Assembly (NCBI GenBank): GCA_965216465.1
Contig: CBDCFW010000006.1
Location: 160,001 to 224,000, forward strand
DNA length: 64,000 nucleotides
From: Bacteroidia bacterium
GTDB taxonomy: Bacteria; Bacteroidota; Bacteroidia; NS11-12g; UBA9320
Reading direction: 5' to 3'
This document shows, piece after piece, positions 1-10,801 of the stretch. Below the pieces are notes generated by a model that worked only from the letters and a program-made list of their open reading frames with translations, was not told where the DNA came from and did no database searches. How positions within the stretch are numbered: the first letter of the stretch is position 1; every line of letters starts with the position of its first letter. The position numbers and the translations under genes were made by a program.

Positions 1-274
1 CAACGTAATTGTAATTAATGCAGAAAAAATCACCATGACTGGTAACAAAATGGCACAGAAAGAGTACGAAACTTTCAGTGGCTATCCAGGTGGTAGAAAG
101 GTGACTTTAGCTAAGGATTTATTAGCTAGAAAGCCAAAAGATTTAATTGAAAGAGGTGTAAGAGGTATGCTTCCAAAAACTAGACTTGGAAGAAAGATCT
201 TCACTAACCTACATGTATATGTTGGTTCTGAGCACCCACATGCAGCACAAAAACCAGAAAAATTAGAGATATAA
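1..274 (+). CDS. rplM: 50S ribosomal protein L13 (5' truncated by window edge)
   Basis: Frame open from the window start: NVIVINAEK...GYPGG...VRGMLPK.RLGR...HPHAAQKP L13 motifs; followed by S9. Confidence 0.97.
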   Translation, partial: NVIVINAEKITMTGNKMAQKEYETFSGYPGGRKVTLAKDLLARKPKDLIERGVRGMLPKTRLGRKIFTNLHVYVGSEHPHAAQKPEKLEI

Positions 275-278
275 TCAA

Positions 279-668
279 ATGGACGTTATAAATACAATCG
301 GAAGAAGAAAGTCATCTGTAGCTCGTGCTTACATGAGCGAAGGAAAAGGAACTATCACTATCAACGATAGAACATTAGAAGACTACTTCAAATTTCCAGA
401 ATCAAGATACATTGTAAACCTTCCATTCGAAACTTGTGGAGTTGAAGGACAATACGATGTTAAAATAAATGTTAGCGGTGGCGGTTCTACTGGTCAAGCT
501 GATGCAATTAAACTTGCAATCGCAAGAGCATTGGTTGAGGTGAACGCTGAAGAGTACAAACCATTGCTAAGAGCAAAAGGTCTTATGACTAGAGACCCTC
601 GTTCGGTAGAGCGTAAAAAGCCTGGTCAACCAAAAGCAAGAAAGAAAAGACAATTTAGCAAGCGTTAA
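279..668 (+). CDS. rpsI: 30S ribosomal protein S9
   Basis: [33 protein letters not shown]...QFSKR. Confidence 0.98.
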   Translation: MDVINTIGRRKSSVARAYMSEGKGTITINDRTLEDYFKFPESRYIVNLPFETCGVEGQYDVKINVSGGGSTGQADAIKLAIARALVEVNAEEYKPLLRAKGLMTRDPRSVERKKPGQPKARKKRQFSKR

Positions 669-672
669 TATA

Positions 673-1422
673 ATGGCAGTAACTACAGAACAACTATTAG
701 AAGCTGGTGTTCACTTTGGACACTTAACTAGCAAGTGGAATCCAAAAATGGCTCCTTACATCTTTATGGAGCAAAATGGTATTCACATCATTGATCTTAA
801 CAAAACAGCTTCAAGATTAGAAGACGCAAAACAAGCTATTGCTAACATCGCAAGAACTGGACGTAAGGTAATGTTCGTTGCTACTAAAAAGCAAGCTAAA
901 GAGATTGTTGAAGATAACGCTAAAAGAGTAAACATGCCTTTCGCAACTGAAAGATGGTTGGGTGGTATGTTAACTAACTTTGGTACAGTAAGAAAGTCTA
1001 TCAAGAAAATGCAGAACATCGAAAAGATGAAAACTGATGGAACTTTCGACAACATGAACAAGAAAGAGCGTTTAATGAAAACAAGAGAGCAAGAAAAACT
1101 GTTCAAAGTTCTTGGAGGAATCGAAGACCTTAACAGACTTCCTGCTGCACTTTTCATTATCGATATTAAAAGAGAGCACATTGCTGTTAAAGAAGCACAA
1201 AAGCTTAATATTCCAATTTTCGCGATTGTAGATACAAACTCTGATCCTACTAAGGTTGATTTCCCAATCCCAGGTAACGATGACTCTGCAAAATCTATCG
1301 AGATCTTAACTAAAGAAGTTGCTGATGCAATTGCTGGCGGTCTTGAAGAAAGAGCAAGAGCTAAAGAGCAAGCGAAAAAAGAAAAAGAAGCAAGCGAAAA
1401 AGCACAAAGCACTGAAGCTTAA
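673..1422 (+). CDS. rpsB: 30S ribosomal protein S2
   Basis: [36 protein letters not shown]. Confidence 0.98.
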   Translation: MAVTTEQLLEAGVHFGHLTSKWNPKMAPYIFMEQNGIHIIDLNKTASRLEDAKQAIANIARTGRKVMFVATKKQAKEIVEDNAKRVNMPFATERWLGGMLTNFGTVRKSIKKMQNIEKMKTDGTFDNMNKKERLMKTREQEKLFKVLGGIEDLNRLPAALFIIDIKREHIAVKEAQKLNIPIFAIVDTNSDPTKVDFPIPGNDDSAKSIEILTKEVADAIAGGLEERARAKEQAKKEKEASEKAQSTEA

Positions 1423-1467
1423 TTCTTCGTATAACATTACACTTAAATATTAAACAATAGTAGAATA

Positions 1468-2301
1468 ATGACAACTATTACAGCTTCTATAGTTAACGAA
1501 CTTAGAAAAATGACTGGTGCCGGAATGATGGATTGTAAAAAAGCTTTACAAGAATCAAACGGTGACATGGATGCAGCAGTTGACATCTTAAGAAAAAAAG
1601 GTGCTGCTAAAGCTGCAAAGAGAGCAGATAGAGAAGCATCTGAAGGTTTAGCAATTGCTATCTCTTCTGCAGATAACACTTACGGAATCGTTGTTGAAGT
1701 AAACTGCGAAACCGACTTCGTTGCTAAAAACGAAGATTTCTCTGCATTTGCGAACGAAGTTGCAAACTTCGCTCTAGAAAACAAATGTGCTGATAAGGAT
1801 GCATTACTAGCTTCTGCTTTTGGAGGTAAAACTCTTGCAGAAATATTAGTTGATAAAACTGCAGTAATCGGTGAAAAAGTAGATATCTCTAACTACGCTT
1901 TTGTTGAGTCTACAGGAGTTGCTGCTTACAACCACGGTGCGAATAGAATTGGAGTTCTTGTATCTCTTACTTCTAACTCTGATGCTGCAATTGAAGCAGG
2001 GAAAGACGTTGCAATGCAAATCGCAGCGATGAACCCAATCGCTGTTGATGAGAATGCTGTTTCTGATGAAGTGAAAGAAAAAGAAATGGAAATCGGAAGA
2101 GACATCGCTCGTCAAGAAGGTAAGCCTGAGCAAATTATCGAAAAAATTGCTGAAGGTAAACTTCAAAGATTCTTTAAAGACAACACACTTGTTCACCAAG
2201 CTTTTGTTAAAGATAGCTCAATGAACGTTGCTGCTTTCTTGAAGTCTGTTGATGCTGACCTTAAAGTATTAGCATTTACTAGATTCCAATTAGGAGCATA
2301 A
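1468..2301 (+). CDS. tsf: Elongation factor Ts
   Basis: LRKMTGAGMMDCKKAL, EVNCETDFVAKN. Confidence 0.98.
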   Translation: MTTITASIVNELRKMTGAGMMDCKKALQESNGDMDAAVDILRKKGAAKAAKRADREASEGLAIAISSADNTYGIVVEVNCETDFVAKNEDFSAFANEVANFALENKCADKDALLASAFGGKTLAEILVDKTAVIGEKVDISNYAFVESTGVAAYNHGANRIGVLVSLTSNSDAAIEAGKDVAMQIAAMNPIAVDENAVSDEVKEKEMEIGRDIARQEGKPEQIIEKIAEGKLQRFFKDNTLVHQAFVKDSSMNVAAFLKSVDADLKVLAFTRFQLGA

Positions 2302-2321
2302 GACATTTAAAGTCAAAATTT

Positions 2322-2352
2322 AAAAGGCAAATCGAAAGGTTTGCCTTTTTTT
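2322..2352 (+). terminator. Rho-independent terminator after tsf
   Basis: AAAAGGCAAATC-GAAA-GGTTTGCCTTTT followed by a T-run. Confidence 0.9.
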
Positions 2353-2376
2353 ATTTCCCAAAATCCAAATTCCCTT

Positions 2377-2384
2377 TAAATTTG
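2377..2384 (+). promoter_or_regulatory. Bacteroidota sigma70 -7 element for pyrH
   Basis: TAAATTTG matches TAnnTTTG; lies just after the tsf terminator. Confidence 0.65.
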
Positions 2385-2470
2385 TCACTTGAATGAGCAG
2401 CCTGCATATCAACCCTGATGAATCTAAGCACAACGCTGCTATCCCTTTTATTCAAACGACATCACATCCC

Positions 2471-3178
2471 ATGAAATACAACAGAATCCTATTAAAACTG
2501 AGTGGCGAAGCTCTGCTCGGAGATAAAGAATTTGGAATTGACAGCTCTGTACTAGCTAAATATGCCAGAGAAATTAAAGCAGTTACTGAACTCGGAGTTG
2601 AAGTTGCCATCGTAATTGGTGGAGGCAATATTTTCAGAGGTGTTTCAGGTGTTGAAGGAGGAATGAAAGATAGAGCCAATGCAGACTATATGGGAATGCT
2701 TGCTACCGTGATTAACGCAATGGCTTTACAAGGAGCTTTAGAAAATGAAGGTGTTTACACCCGATTACTAAGTGCAATTAAAATGGAGCAAGTAGCTGAA
2801 CCGTTTATCAGAAGAAGAGCCATTCGTCACCTTGAAAAAGGAAGAGTCGTAATTTTCGGTGCAGGAACCGGTAATCCATACTTCACAACAGACACAGCGG
2901 CAAGTTTAAGAGCTGTAGAAATTGAAGCTGATGTGATTCTAAAAGGCACGCGTGTAGATGGAATTTACTCTGCTGACCCAGAAAAAGATAGCTCAGCAAC
3001 ACGATTCGATGAAATTAGCTTTACGGATGTAATCAACAGAAACCTAAAGGTTATGGACATGACGGCCTTTACGCTTTGTCAAGAAAACAAACTACCTATC
3101 ATCGTTTTTGATATGAACAAAGAAGGTAATTTGGTTGACCTTCTTCAAGGAAATAAAGTTGGAACGCTGGTTAGCTAG
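2471..3178 (+). CDS. pyrH: UMP kinase (upstream ATG at 2393 also possible)
   Basis: [38 protein letters not shown]. Confidence 0.97.
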   Translation: MKYNRILLKLSGEALLGDKEFGIDSSVLAKYAREIKAVTELGVEVAIVIGGGNIFRGVSGVEGGMKDRANADYMGMLATVINAMALQGALENEGVYTRLLSAIKMEQVAEPFIRRRAIRHLEKGRVVIFGAGTGNPYFTTDTAASLRAVEIEADVILKGTRVDGIYSADPEKDSSATRFDEISFTDVINRNLKVMDMTAFTLCQENKLPIIVFDMNKEGNLVDLLQGNKVGTLVS

Positions 3179-3711
3179 AACTTATTCTTCCACATCATGC
3201 TTTCAACAGGCTTTATCGTCCGCTTGTTGTACTTCGCATTAATTTTCTTATTGTAGTAATTTTCAATATCTCCTTCTACATTGAAGTAGATTAGTTGCCC
3301 CACGGGCATACCTCGATATACTCGAACAGGTTGGGTTACCGAAATTTCTAAGGTCCATGTGTTGCAAAATCCCACATCGCCTTTACCCGCTGTAGCGTGA
3401 ATATCAATTCCTAGCCTTCCCGTACTGCTCTTTCCCTCTAGGAATGGAATATGAGCATGCGTTTCGGTATATTCTTCTGTTACTCCTAAGTACAATACTC
3501 CTGGCTGTAAAACATATCCGTCAATAGGAATCTCAAAATGCTCAACTTTGTTATGCACTCGAGCATCTAATACACGATCTGCGTAACACGCCAAGTGCTT
3601 TCCAAGATGAACATCGTAGCTGTTTGTTCCCAATCTTTCACGCTTGAATGGCTCAATTAAGATTGTTCCTTTCTCTATTTCCTCTAAAATTTTTTTGTCG
3701 CTAAGTATCAT
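3175..3711 (-). CDS. dcd: dCTP deaminase
   Basis: [34 protein letters not shown]. Confidence 0.93.
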   Translation of the reverse strand: MILSDKKILEEIEKGTILIEPFKRERLGTNSYDVHLGKHLACYADRVLDARVHNKVEHFEIPIDGYVLQPGVLYLGVTEEYTETHAHIPFLEGKSSTGRLGIDIHATAGKGDVGFCNTWTLEISVTQPVRVYRGMPVGQLIYFNVEGDIENYYNKKINAKYNKRTIKPVESMMWKNKF

Positions 3712-3731
3712 TGCTTAAGAGAGCTTCAATG

Positions 3732-4604
3732 TTAGGACTTAATTTCAATTTGCCAAAGAATTAAACTGCGATCGTCACTACAACTCACAAACTTCTCATC
3801 ATTTATCCATTTGACCTTATTTATGCAGTTAGAATGACTCTCATTTCGAGCCAAATCAATCACCTTAATCAACTTTAAATCATCACTCCATACTTTTATG
3901 GTCTTATCCATGCTACTGCTCAAAACAAATCGACCATTATAATCCAACGAAGTTGCTTGGTACATGTGAGCTGGAACCGAGAAAACCTCTTGCCCAATTT
4001 TTAAATCCCAAGCTCTAATGTGAGCATCTCTACCTGTGCTTAAAATGGTATCCTGATCGATTTCAGCTAATCCAAAAACAGAATTAGTATGTCCTTTTAA
4101 AACTGCTTGAACTTCTAAGCTAACCTTCTCCAGCTGATAGATGTTATTGTCAGAACACCCAACATAAAAAAAGTCATCAGTCTCAAGCAAACAACGTAAG
4201 CTATCCATAGCTAGATCTATTTTTAAACTTGGAGACCGCAAAACACCATCTTCTCCCCCGCTAAATCGCTTATGTATGAAGAAGATTCCCCCTTGATGCA
4301 TTTGCTCATTCGATGCTAAACTCTTTTTATCTAAATCAAAGCTATAAATCTTCCCTGATCGACTTCCAACTATTATTTGGCCGCCAATTTGACTAACACT
4401 ATATAATGCCTCTGGAACGCGAGCAATTAATTTTCCATCTGCACTATTTTCATAGTCCCATTCTACCACATAGCCATCTGCACCAACTGAATATACTTTA
4501 GTTGCATTTTTATCTACCACAAAATCATAAATAGAGTCTTTATGACCCTTTAAATGTGCTAACTTTGTGATTTTAATGGTTGGTCGACTTGCCACTTCAT
4601 TCAA
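3732..4604 (-). CDS. WD40 repeat protein
   Basis: Repeated GH...S.D..I..WD units; start uncertain because it overlaps the divergent gene. Confidence 0.85.
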   Translation of the reverse strand: MNEVASRPTIKITKLAHLKGHKDSIYDFVVDKNATKVYSVGADGYVVEWDYENSADGKLIARVPEALYSVSQIGGQIIVGSRSGKIYSFDLDKKSLASNEQMHQGGIFFIHKRFSGGEDGVLRSPSLKIDLAMDSLRCLLETDDFFYVGCSDNNIYQLEKVSLEVQAVLKGHTNSVFGLAEIDQDTILSTGRDAHIRAWDLKIGQEVFSVPAHMYQATSLDYNGRFVLSSSMDKTIKVWSDDLKLIKVIDLARNESHSNCINKVKWINDEKFVSCSDDRSLILWQIEIKS

Positions 4605-5194
4605 AGAAACATATTAATAATGGAATTGTTGCACTTTGGGATATCAAAGAAAGCAAAGAAGACCTGCTCAAAATGTTACCCGAGTCGTGGTTAACTAATC
4701 TTGAAATTCCTAAACTCAGTGTCCATAATCTGGCAGCACGTGTTCTTGCTAAAACAGTTTGTCCTGATTTCGATATTCTAGAAAAAGATGAATACGGTAA
4801 ACCCTATTTTGAAAGTGCGGATCACAAAATTTCAATAACTCATTCCGGACAGTTTGCTGGCTTTATGTTCAAGGAGAAAGAAGATTGCGGCATTGACATG
4901 GAAGAAATCACCGGTCGTGTTAAAAGAATTGTTCCCAAATTCTTTCGTGAAGATGAGAAGCAGTTTCTAGAACATGACTTAAGAGGCATGTACATTGTTT
5001 GGTGTGCTAAAGAAGCTTTATATAAATACTACGGACTAAAGTCACTAGATTTCAGGGATCACCTAAAGGTAGACTATGCAAATATTGAAGATTCTGGCAA
5101 AATTGTAGGACACATCAATAAAGGCGAGTATTCAAAGCAACTTACCTTAGAATACAATTTTTTTGACCAATATTTGCTCGTAAATACAATCTAA
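4580..5194 (+). CDS. 4'-phosphopantetheinyl transferase superfamily protein
   Basis: YGKPY, ISITHS, GIDME, WCAKEALYK; start may be the TTG at 4589. Confidence 0.88.
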   Translation: MVDLPLHSKKHINNGIVALWDIKESKEDLLKMLPESWLTNLEIPKLSVHNLAARVLAKTVCPDFDILEKDEYGKPYFESADHKISITHSGQFAGFMFKEKEDCGIDMEEITGRVKRIVPKFFREDEKQFLEHDLRGMYIVWCAKEALYKYYGLKSLDFRDHLKVDYANIEDSGKIVGHINKGEYSKQLTLEYNFFDQYLLVNTI

Positions 5195-5967
5195 TGGGGA
5201 AGACTATTTGGATAACAGGTGCCGGCTCAGGTATCGGAAAGGCATTAGCCTTACAATACAACAAAGATGGAAATACAATAATTCTCTCCGGAAGAAAGAA
5301 AGAAGGTCTTGAAGAAATAGCCAAAGAAATAGACAACGCCTTTGTACTTCCTTTAGATGTTACTGATGAAACGCAAATAGAAGCAGCAGTCGAAACCGTA
5401 ACTAAGCAACTTGACCGACTTGATATTTTAATCAATAACGCTGGAGTTAGCCAAAGATCTTTTGTTGAAGAAATTAGCAATGATGTCGGCCGTAAATTGA
5501 TGGAAGTTAATTTCTTTGGAAGCATTCACTTGACCAAAGCTGCACTTCCTTTACTTATTAAAACTCCAAATTCTTCGGTGGTAGCAATGAGCAGTGCTGC
5601 AGGAAAATTTGGATTTCCGATGCGCTCATATTATTCAGCTTCAAAACACGCGTTGCATGGGTTTTATGAAGCTCTGGGTCTGGAATTAAAAGATAAAGAC
5701 ACTTCAGTAACTGTCGTTTGTCCTGGCCGGATAAAAACGAACATTTCATTAAATGCTTTAGCTGGAGATGGAACTGCACATAACAAGATGGATGATGGTC
5801 AACTCAATGGTATACCTGCCGACAAGTGTGCTCGACAGATTGAACGAGCAGTGAATCGAAAAAAGGCTGAAGTATATATCGGAGGTAAAGAAGTCTTGAT
5901 GATCTATTTCAAACGTTATTGTCCTCCATTGTTTCGCTTTATTGCTAAGCGTATAAAGCCCACTTAA
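5194..5967 (+). CDS. SDR family oxidoreductase
   Basis: TGAGSGIG, NNAG, YSASK catalytic motif. Confidence 0.92.
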   Translation: MGKTIWITGAGSGIGKALALQYNKDGNTIILSGRKKEGLEEIAKEIDNAFVLPLDVTDETQIEAAVETVTKQLDRLDILINNAGVSQRSFVEEISNDVGRKLMEVNFFGSIHLTKAALPLLIKTPNSSVVAMSSAAGKFGFPMRSYYSASKHALHGFYEALGLELKDKDTSVTVVCPGRIKTNISLNALAGDGTAHNKMDDGQLNGIPADKCARQIERAVNRKKAEVYIGGKEVLMIYFKRYCPPLFRFIAKRIKPT

Positions 5968-6009
5968 TTCTTCTTGGTCATACTTCAGGCCTGCTTATCT
6001 TTGCACGTC

Positions 6010-7062
6010 TTGAAAAAATCAATAAGCGGAATACAACAAATGGGGATTGGCATCCCTAATGTCCACGAGGCTTGGGCATGGTATCGAGAAAATTTTTCAA
6101 TGGATGTTCCTGTATTTGAGGAAGCAGCCACAGCAGATTTAATGCTTCCTTACACTGGAGGTAAACCACACGATCGTCACGCAATTCTTGCTTTGAACTT
6201 GCAAGGCGGTGGCGGATTTGAGATTTGGCAATACACCAGTCGTACACCTGAGGCACCTAGCTTCAAACCTCAGATTGGAGATTTAGGTTTATCAATTTGT
6301 AAGATCAAATGTCCTGATGCAAACAAAGCTTTCGCTGAATTCAATCCAGAATATAAAATTTCTACTAAGGTGGAAACTACTCCCAACGGTCTAAAACATT
6401 TCTTCGTTCAAGACCCATATGGAAACATCTTCCAAGTGATTGAAGCTTATGAGTGGTTTAATCTTAAATCAGCCAATACTGGTGGTGTTTACGGCACCAT
6501 TATTGGTGTCACAGACATCGAAAAATCAAAAGAGTTTTACGCTAATATTCTAGGATACGATACCGTACTTTGGGAAGGTGAAGGGCAATTTGAAGACCTT
6601 GCTGCTCTTGAAAATGGTTCGAGTACTTTCAAACGGGCTATTCTGAAACACAGCAAACCTAGAGAAGGTGGATTTAGTGAGTTATTAGGAGAAACACAAA
6701 TTGAGCTCGTTCAAGATCTTGATACACCAGGAAGAAAAATATTTAAAGACAGATTCTGGGGAGACCTCGGCTTCATTCACTTGTGCTTCGACGTGATTAA
6801 CATGCAAGCACTAAAAGAGGAATGTGAAGCTGCTGGGCACCCTTTTACGGTTGATAGTGCGAACAGCTTTGATATGGGAGAAGCGGCAGGACACTTCTCA
6901 TACATTGAAGATCCTGATGGTACCTTAATCGAATTTGTTGAAACACATAAAATACCAATCTTTAAAAAAATCGGATGGTATCTCGATCTCAGAAAGCGTG
7001 ATGCTCTAAAACCATTACCTAAATGGATGTTGAAGAGCCTTTCGCTGAATAGAAAGAAGTAA
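6010..7062 (+). CDS. VOC/glyoxalase family protein (tandem domains)
   Basis: QDPYGNIFQ and EDPDGTLIEFVE motifs; TTG 6010 chosen because TATCTTTG lies at 5996-6003. Confidence 0.85.
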   Translation: MKKSISGIQQMGIGIPNVHEAWAWYRENFSMDVPVFEEAATADLMLPYTGGKPHDRHAILALNLQGGGGFEIWQYTSRTPEAPSFKPQIGDLGLSICKIKCPDANKAFAEFNPEYKISTKVETTPNGLKHFFVQDPYGNIFQVIEAYEWFNLKSANTGGVYGTIIGVTDIEKSKEFYANILGYDTVLWEGEGQFEDLAALENGSSTFKRAILKHSKPREGGFSELLGETQIELVQDLDTPGRKIFKDRFWGDLGFIHLCFDVINMQALKEECEAAGHPFTVDSANSFDMGEAAGHFSYIEDPDGTLIEFVETHKIPIFKKIGWYLDLRKRDALKPLPKWMLKSLSLNRKK

Positions 7063-7063
7063 A

Positions 7064-8329
7064 TTACTTAAGCCAGCTGATGATTTCATTACGCTGGCTT
7101 TTTATTGCGTCTTTGTGGCTTTGAGAAAGTCCATTCCATCCCAATCCCTTCCACATTACTGGTGCTGCATCTACCAATCTAAACCAGCAGATCGCTCCAT
7201 ATATTGAAGATACAATAAACAGCAACGACCAGTATGCGGGTGTAAAGATTAAAAACAAGATTGCAACCACTATGGCCAACACTGCAGATCCTAACATTCC
7301 AATTCCTACAATAACAGAATCAATAAAAATTGGATTCGTGATTTTACGATGTACCCATTTTACAACTCCAGACCACATCAATGCCCAGATGAAATAAACT
7401 GGAAGACTGATTCCTAGTGTCACAATAGCAACAAACATCGAAAGTAGATTAAACGACTTTCCAGATACATTGGCATCTAAAACGCCATGCTTCTTTAACG
7501 ATTCGCTGTATGCTTTCACCTTGTTTATCTGCTCCTCGGTCAACTCGTTTGCTTTTTTGATATTGGTTTTCCAACTCTCTTTATTCAAGTAGCGATACTG
7601 TACATGGTTTTCGTTAACCATCATTTGATGCACAAATTCTAACTCCTTTTCATCGTCACCTTTGGTTCGAACAACTTGATCTTTTAAGGCACTTTCGATG
7701 TGTCTAGTCAAATGTTGCATTACCTTACGTTCGCTGGTTTCTATCTCATCTTTTAACCTTTTTACACTTATCGGTTTGCCATATGAGATGTGAATTGTTC
7801 TGCGTAAACCACCAAACTCAGAATAATTGAGGGCGGTTGGAACAACATACAAGTCAAGTTCGAAATTACTCATCTTGGCCATGTTGATTGCCATAGCACT
7901 TGTTCCAAGCTTGATTGACCTCAACGCTTTTTCTGGGTATGCTGAACCCTCTGGGAAAATTAAAATAGAGTGATTCGCCTTAAACAATCGGTAAATCTCT
8001 TCGTTCGTCTTTGCATTTCCTTTTCTTGCCACATCAGCACTCGCATCACGTGCCCTAAATATGGGCAACAATCGCAATCCCCGAAGCATATAATTTGGCA
8101 CTGGCTTCATAAAGGCATCACCGCGTGCTAGTGTAAATATTTTGGTGTTGTATTTGTAAAAATATTCAAATACTACTCCGTCGAAAAAAGAGTTCGGATG
8201 ATTGCAGGCAAGCAATACCGGCTTGTTCTTAGGAAAATTTTCTTCTCCATCGATATAAATCTTACGAATGAAAATTCGCATTGGGAGATTAAGTAGCACG
8301 GTAGCTAGATGATAAAGCCAGTATTTCAT
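7064..8329 (-). CDS. Glycerol-3-phosphate/1-acyl-G3P acyltransferase (PlsC-like) with C-terminal TM helices
   Basis: NHPNSFFD (NHxxxxD) and IFPEG motifs. Confidence 0.88.
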   Translation of the reverse strand: MKYWLYHLATVLLNLPMRIFIRKIYIDGEENFPKNKPVLLACNHPNSFFDGVVFEYFYKYNTKIFTLARGDAFMKPVPNYMLRGLRLLPIFRARDASADVARKGNAKTNEEIYRLFKANHSILIFPEGSAYPEKALRSIKLGTSAMAINMAKMSNFELDLYVVPTALNYSEFGGLRRTIHISYGKPISVKRLKDEIETSERKVMQHLTRHIESALKDQVVRTKGDDEKELEFVHQMMVNENHVQYRYLNKESWKTNIKKANELTEEQINKVKAYSESLKKHGVLDANVSGKSFNLLSMFVAIVTLGISLPVYFIWALMWSGVVKWVHRKITNPIFIDSVIVGIGMLGSAVLAIVVAILFLIFTPAYWSLLFIVSSIYGAICWFRLVDAAPVMWKGLGWNGLSQSHKDAIKSQRNEIISWLK

Positions 8330-10252
8330 TTATCGCAGTATAACTGTTCCTTTTTGATCTGTGATTTTCTTTCTAATTCCTTGAAGTACAGCTTGTTGAC
8401 TTTGAATATCCATAACTTCTTCTTCAGTCTCGGCTGTCTTCAACTTTTCTTGGTTTTCGTTCATTAAGCTTACAATTTGCTTGAGCTTAAAGTAATTTAG
8501 ATTTTCAACAACCTGTCTTTTATAGTTTTCGTCGTCAGTCTTAATGAACTTTTCAAAGGTCTCTTCCCAACCTTTGCTCAACGTATACTTCTGTGAAACC
8601 ACATCAGCAGCTAAACGGTTGGTTTTAGGATTTCGAATAAAATATAACTCGTTTAATACTTGATGCTCTTCAAAATAGGTAAATGCATTTTTAAATATCT
8701 CTCCATATGCTTCAGAACTGGGCCAAATTTCGTCTATCTCAAACTCTTGGAATATGTATTCAGCTACCGTATTTTCTTCATCAAACTCTCTATCTGCAAA
8801 AAGTATTAATGACTTGAGCAATTCCAATTCTTGGTAATCCTCTTTGTCCTTTTCTTCAAATTCAGGTGTTTTAGGCTGTGAGAAATCTGGAATGTACTCA
8901 GGGACATCTCGCTTCTCTCGTTTTTGATTTCCGACCCTAAATTTATTAGTCTCTTCAACCAATATTCGTTCTTGTATCTCTAAAAGATTCGAGGTTTCTC
9001 CTATAAAAGCAGCTCGCTTTAGGGGGTCAGGAATTAAGCTGATATTCTCTGCAATTGTACGTGCTGCCTCTGCCTTCTTAATCGGATCAGATTTATGTTC
9101 TCCTAATTTGACATCAGCTATCAGCTCAACAAAATTTTTGCTTTGAGCATTGACATACTCCAAGAAACTTGTTTTACCATTCTTCTGAATAAAACTATCG
9201 GGATCTTCTCCTTCGGGGAAGAGTGCAGTTTTCACATTGAGATCCGCTTTAAGCAAGGTACCAACATGTTTAAGACTGGCATTAACCCCTGCTTCATCAC
9301 CATCAAACAGCATGGTGATATTGTGTGAAAATCGCTTTATTAATCGAGCTTGTTCTTCCGTAAACGCTGTTCCACTTGCTGCAACAACATTTTCTACTCC
9401 GCTTTGGTTAAGACTAACAACATCCATATAGCCCTCAACAAGGTACACTTGATCAGACTTCCGAATCTCATTCTTCCCTACACTTAATCCATATAACTCT
9501 TTGCGTTTTTCATAAACGACAGTTTCTGGACTATTTAAATACTTCGGTGCCTTTGTTTCTTTTTTAATGATTCGACCACCAAATCCGAGAACTTTTCCTG
9601 ACACATTGTAAATGGGGAAAACAATACGCTCTACAAAGGTGTCACGAAGATTGCTTTCAATAACTCCTTGATCCTCATCGATCTTTTTTACAAGACCGGC
9701 ATCGAATAATTGCTGAACCGTATAGCCATTTTTTAGCCCTTCTTGCAGGAGATGGTTTCGTGTTGTGCCACTTAGTCCAATGCTAAACTTATCAATCGTT
9801 TGCTGGTTTATTCCCCTTTCGAGCAAGTATGGCTTATAAATAACCTTTCCGTCTTTGCCCTCATTCAAACGACTAACAAAATGATTTTTCGCAAATTCGA
9901 GTGCAGCATACACACCATCCTTAATTCTTGCCTCTTCTGCCAATTCTTTAACATCGATTTGACCTTCTTCAATCTCGATATTGTACTTATCAGCTAAAAA
10001 TTTAATCGCTAAAGGATAGGATAATCCTTCATGTTCCATGATGAATTGAAAAACATTTCCTCCTTGTCCGCAGCTAAAACACTTAAAAATACCTTTGGCT
10101 GGCGAAACACTCATGCTTGGATGCTTGTCATCATGAAAAGGACACAACCCTTTGAAATTTGCACCTGCCTTTTTCAATGTAACGTACTCTCCTACCACTT
10201 CTTCGATAGGTGCAACATCAAATATTTTATCAATTACCGCAGGTGAAATCAT
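8330..10252 (-). CDS. dnaG: DNA primase
   Basis: CPFHDDK...CFSC zinc finger, PKYLNSPET, VEGYMDV, FDGDEAG TOPRIM. Confidence 0.98.
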   Translation of the reverse strand: MISPAVIDKIFDVAPIEEVVGEYVTLKKAGANFKGLCPFHDDKHPSMSVSPAKGIFKCFSCGQGGNVFQFIMEHEGLSYPLAIKFLADKYNIEIEEGQIDVKELAEEARIKDGVYAALEFAKNHFVSRLNEGKDGKVIYKPYLLERGINQQTIDKFSIGLSGTTRNHLLQEGLKNGYTVQQLFDAGLVKKIDEDQGVIESNLRDTFVERIVFPIYNVSGKVLGFGGRIIKKETKAPKYLNSPETVVYEKRKELYGLSVGKNEIRKSDQVYLVEGYMDVVSLNQSGVENVVAASGTAFTEEQARLIKRFSHNITMLFDGDEAGVNASLKHVGTLLKADLNVKTALFPEGEDPDSFIQKNGKTSFLEYVNAQSKNFVELIADVKLGEHKSDPIKKAEAARTIAENISLIPDPLKRAAFIGETSNLLEIQERILVEETNKFRVGNQKREKRDVPEYIPDFSQPKTPEFEEKDKEDYQELELLKSLILFADREFDEENTVAEYIFQEFEIDEIWPSSEAYGEIFKNAFTYFEEHQVLNELYFIRNPKTNRLAADVVSQKYTLSKGWEETFEKFIKTDDENYKRQVVENLNYFKLKQIVSLMNENQEKLKTAETEEEVMDIQSQQAVLQGIRKKITDQKGTVILR

Positions 10253-10297
10253 TAGAATATGCGAAGAAAATAAATAGAAGCCTAAAACCTTAAATTT

Positions 10298-10780
10298 GTG
10301 GAGAAATCAACTGATTTGAAGACTTGGATAGAGCATAGCGAAGGATTTATCAATATTGATAAAGAGTTTATGTATTTCACCAACTCTGGAAACTGGGCAG
10401 ATGCTCATCAACAGAAAGAGTACGATGGAGCTACCAATTTTAGGCCGTTAATTTTCTACACCATAATTGTAATATTCTTCTACATAGGTTCCGGAATTGC
10501 ATTTACACCAGGCAATGTTACATTACTAGGAATTATTGGACTTGGTATTGGTTTGTACAACTTTAAGCAAGAGCAGGGGAAGTATATGCACAACACATTT
10601 AAAGTTCGTCATGAGAACATAAAATCAATATCTATCGATAGTAATCAAATGTCAATCATATTCAAGTACGGCAAAAACAGACAGGCATCAATGGACTTTA
10701 AAAAACTTGATGGATCCAAAATACAAGAACTCAAAGAAGTTTCTCAGCGAATAAATCCATCTTCTCTTATCATCAATTAA
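10298..10780 (+). CDS. Hypothetical membrane protein (2 TM)
   Basis: 160-aa ORF filling the gap, two hydrophobic segments; start uncertain. Confidence 0.65.
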   Translation: MEKSTDLKTWIEHSEGFINIDKEFMYFTNSGNWADAHQQKEYDGATNFRPLIFYTIIVIFFYIGSGIAFTPGNVTLLGIIGLGIGLYNFKQEQGKYMHNTFKVRHENIKSISIDSNQMSIIFKYGKNRQASMDFKKLDGSKIQELKEVSQRINPSSLIIN

Positions 10781-10801
10781 TGATGACTTACTTTTGCGTC
10801 A

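Noticed and set aside
783-2679. Antisense ORFs over rpsB, tsf and pyrH
   Set aside because: Shadow ORFs of strongly biased, well-identified genes; the same applies to the other short antisense or nested ORFs in the track
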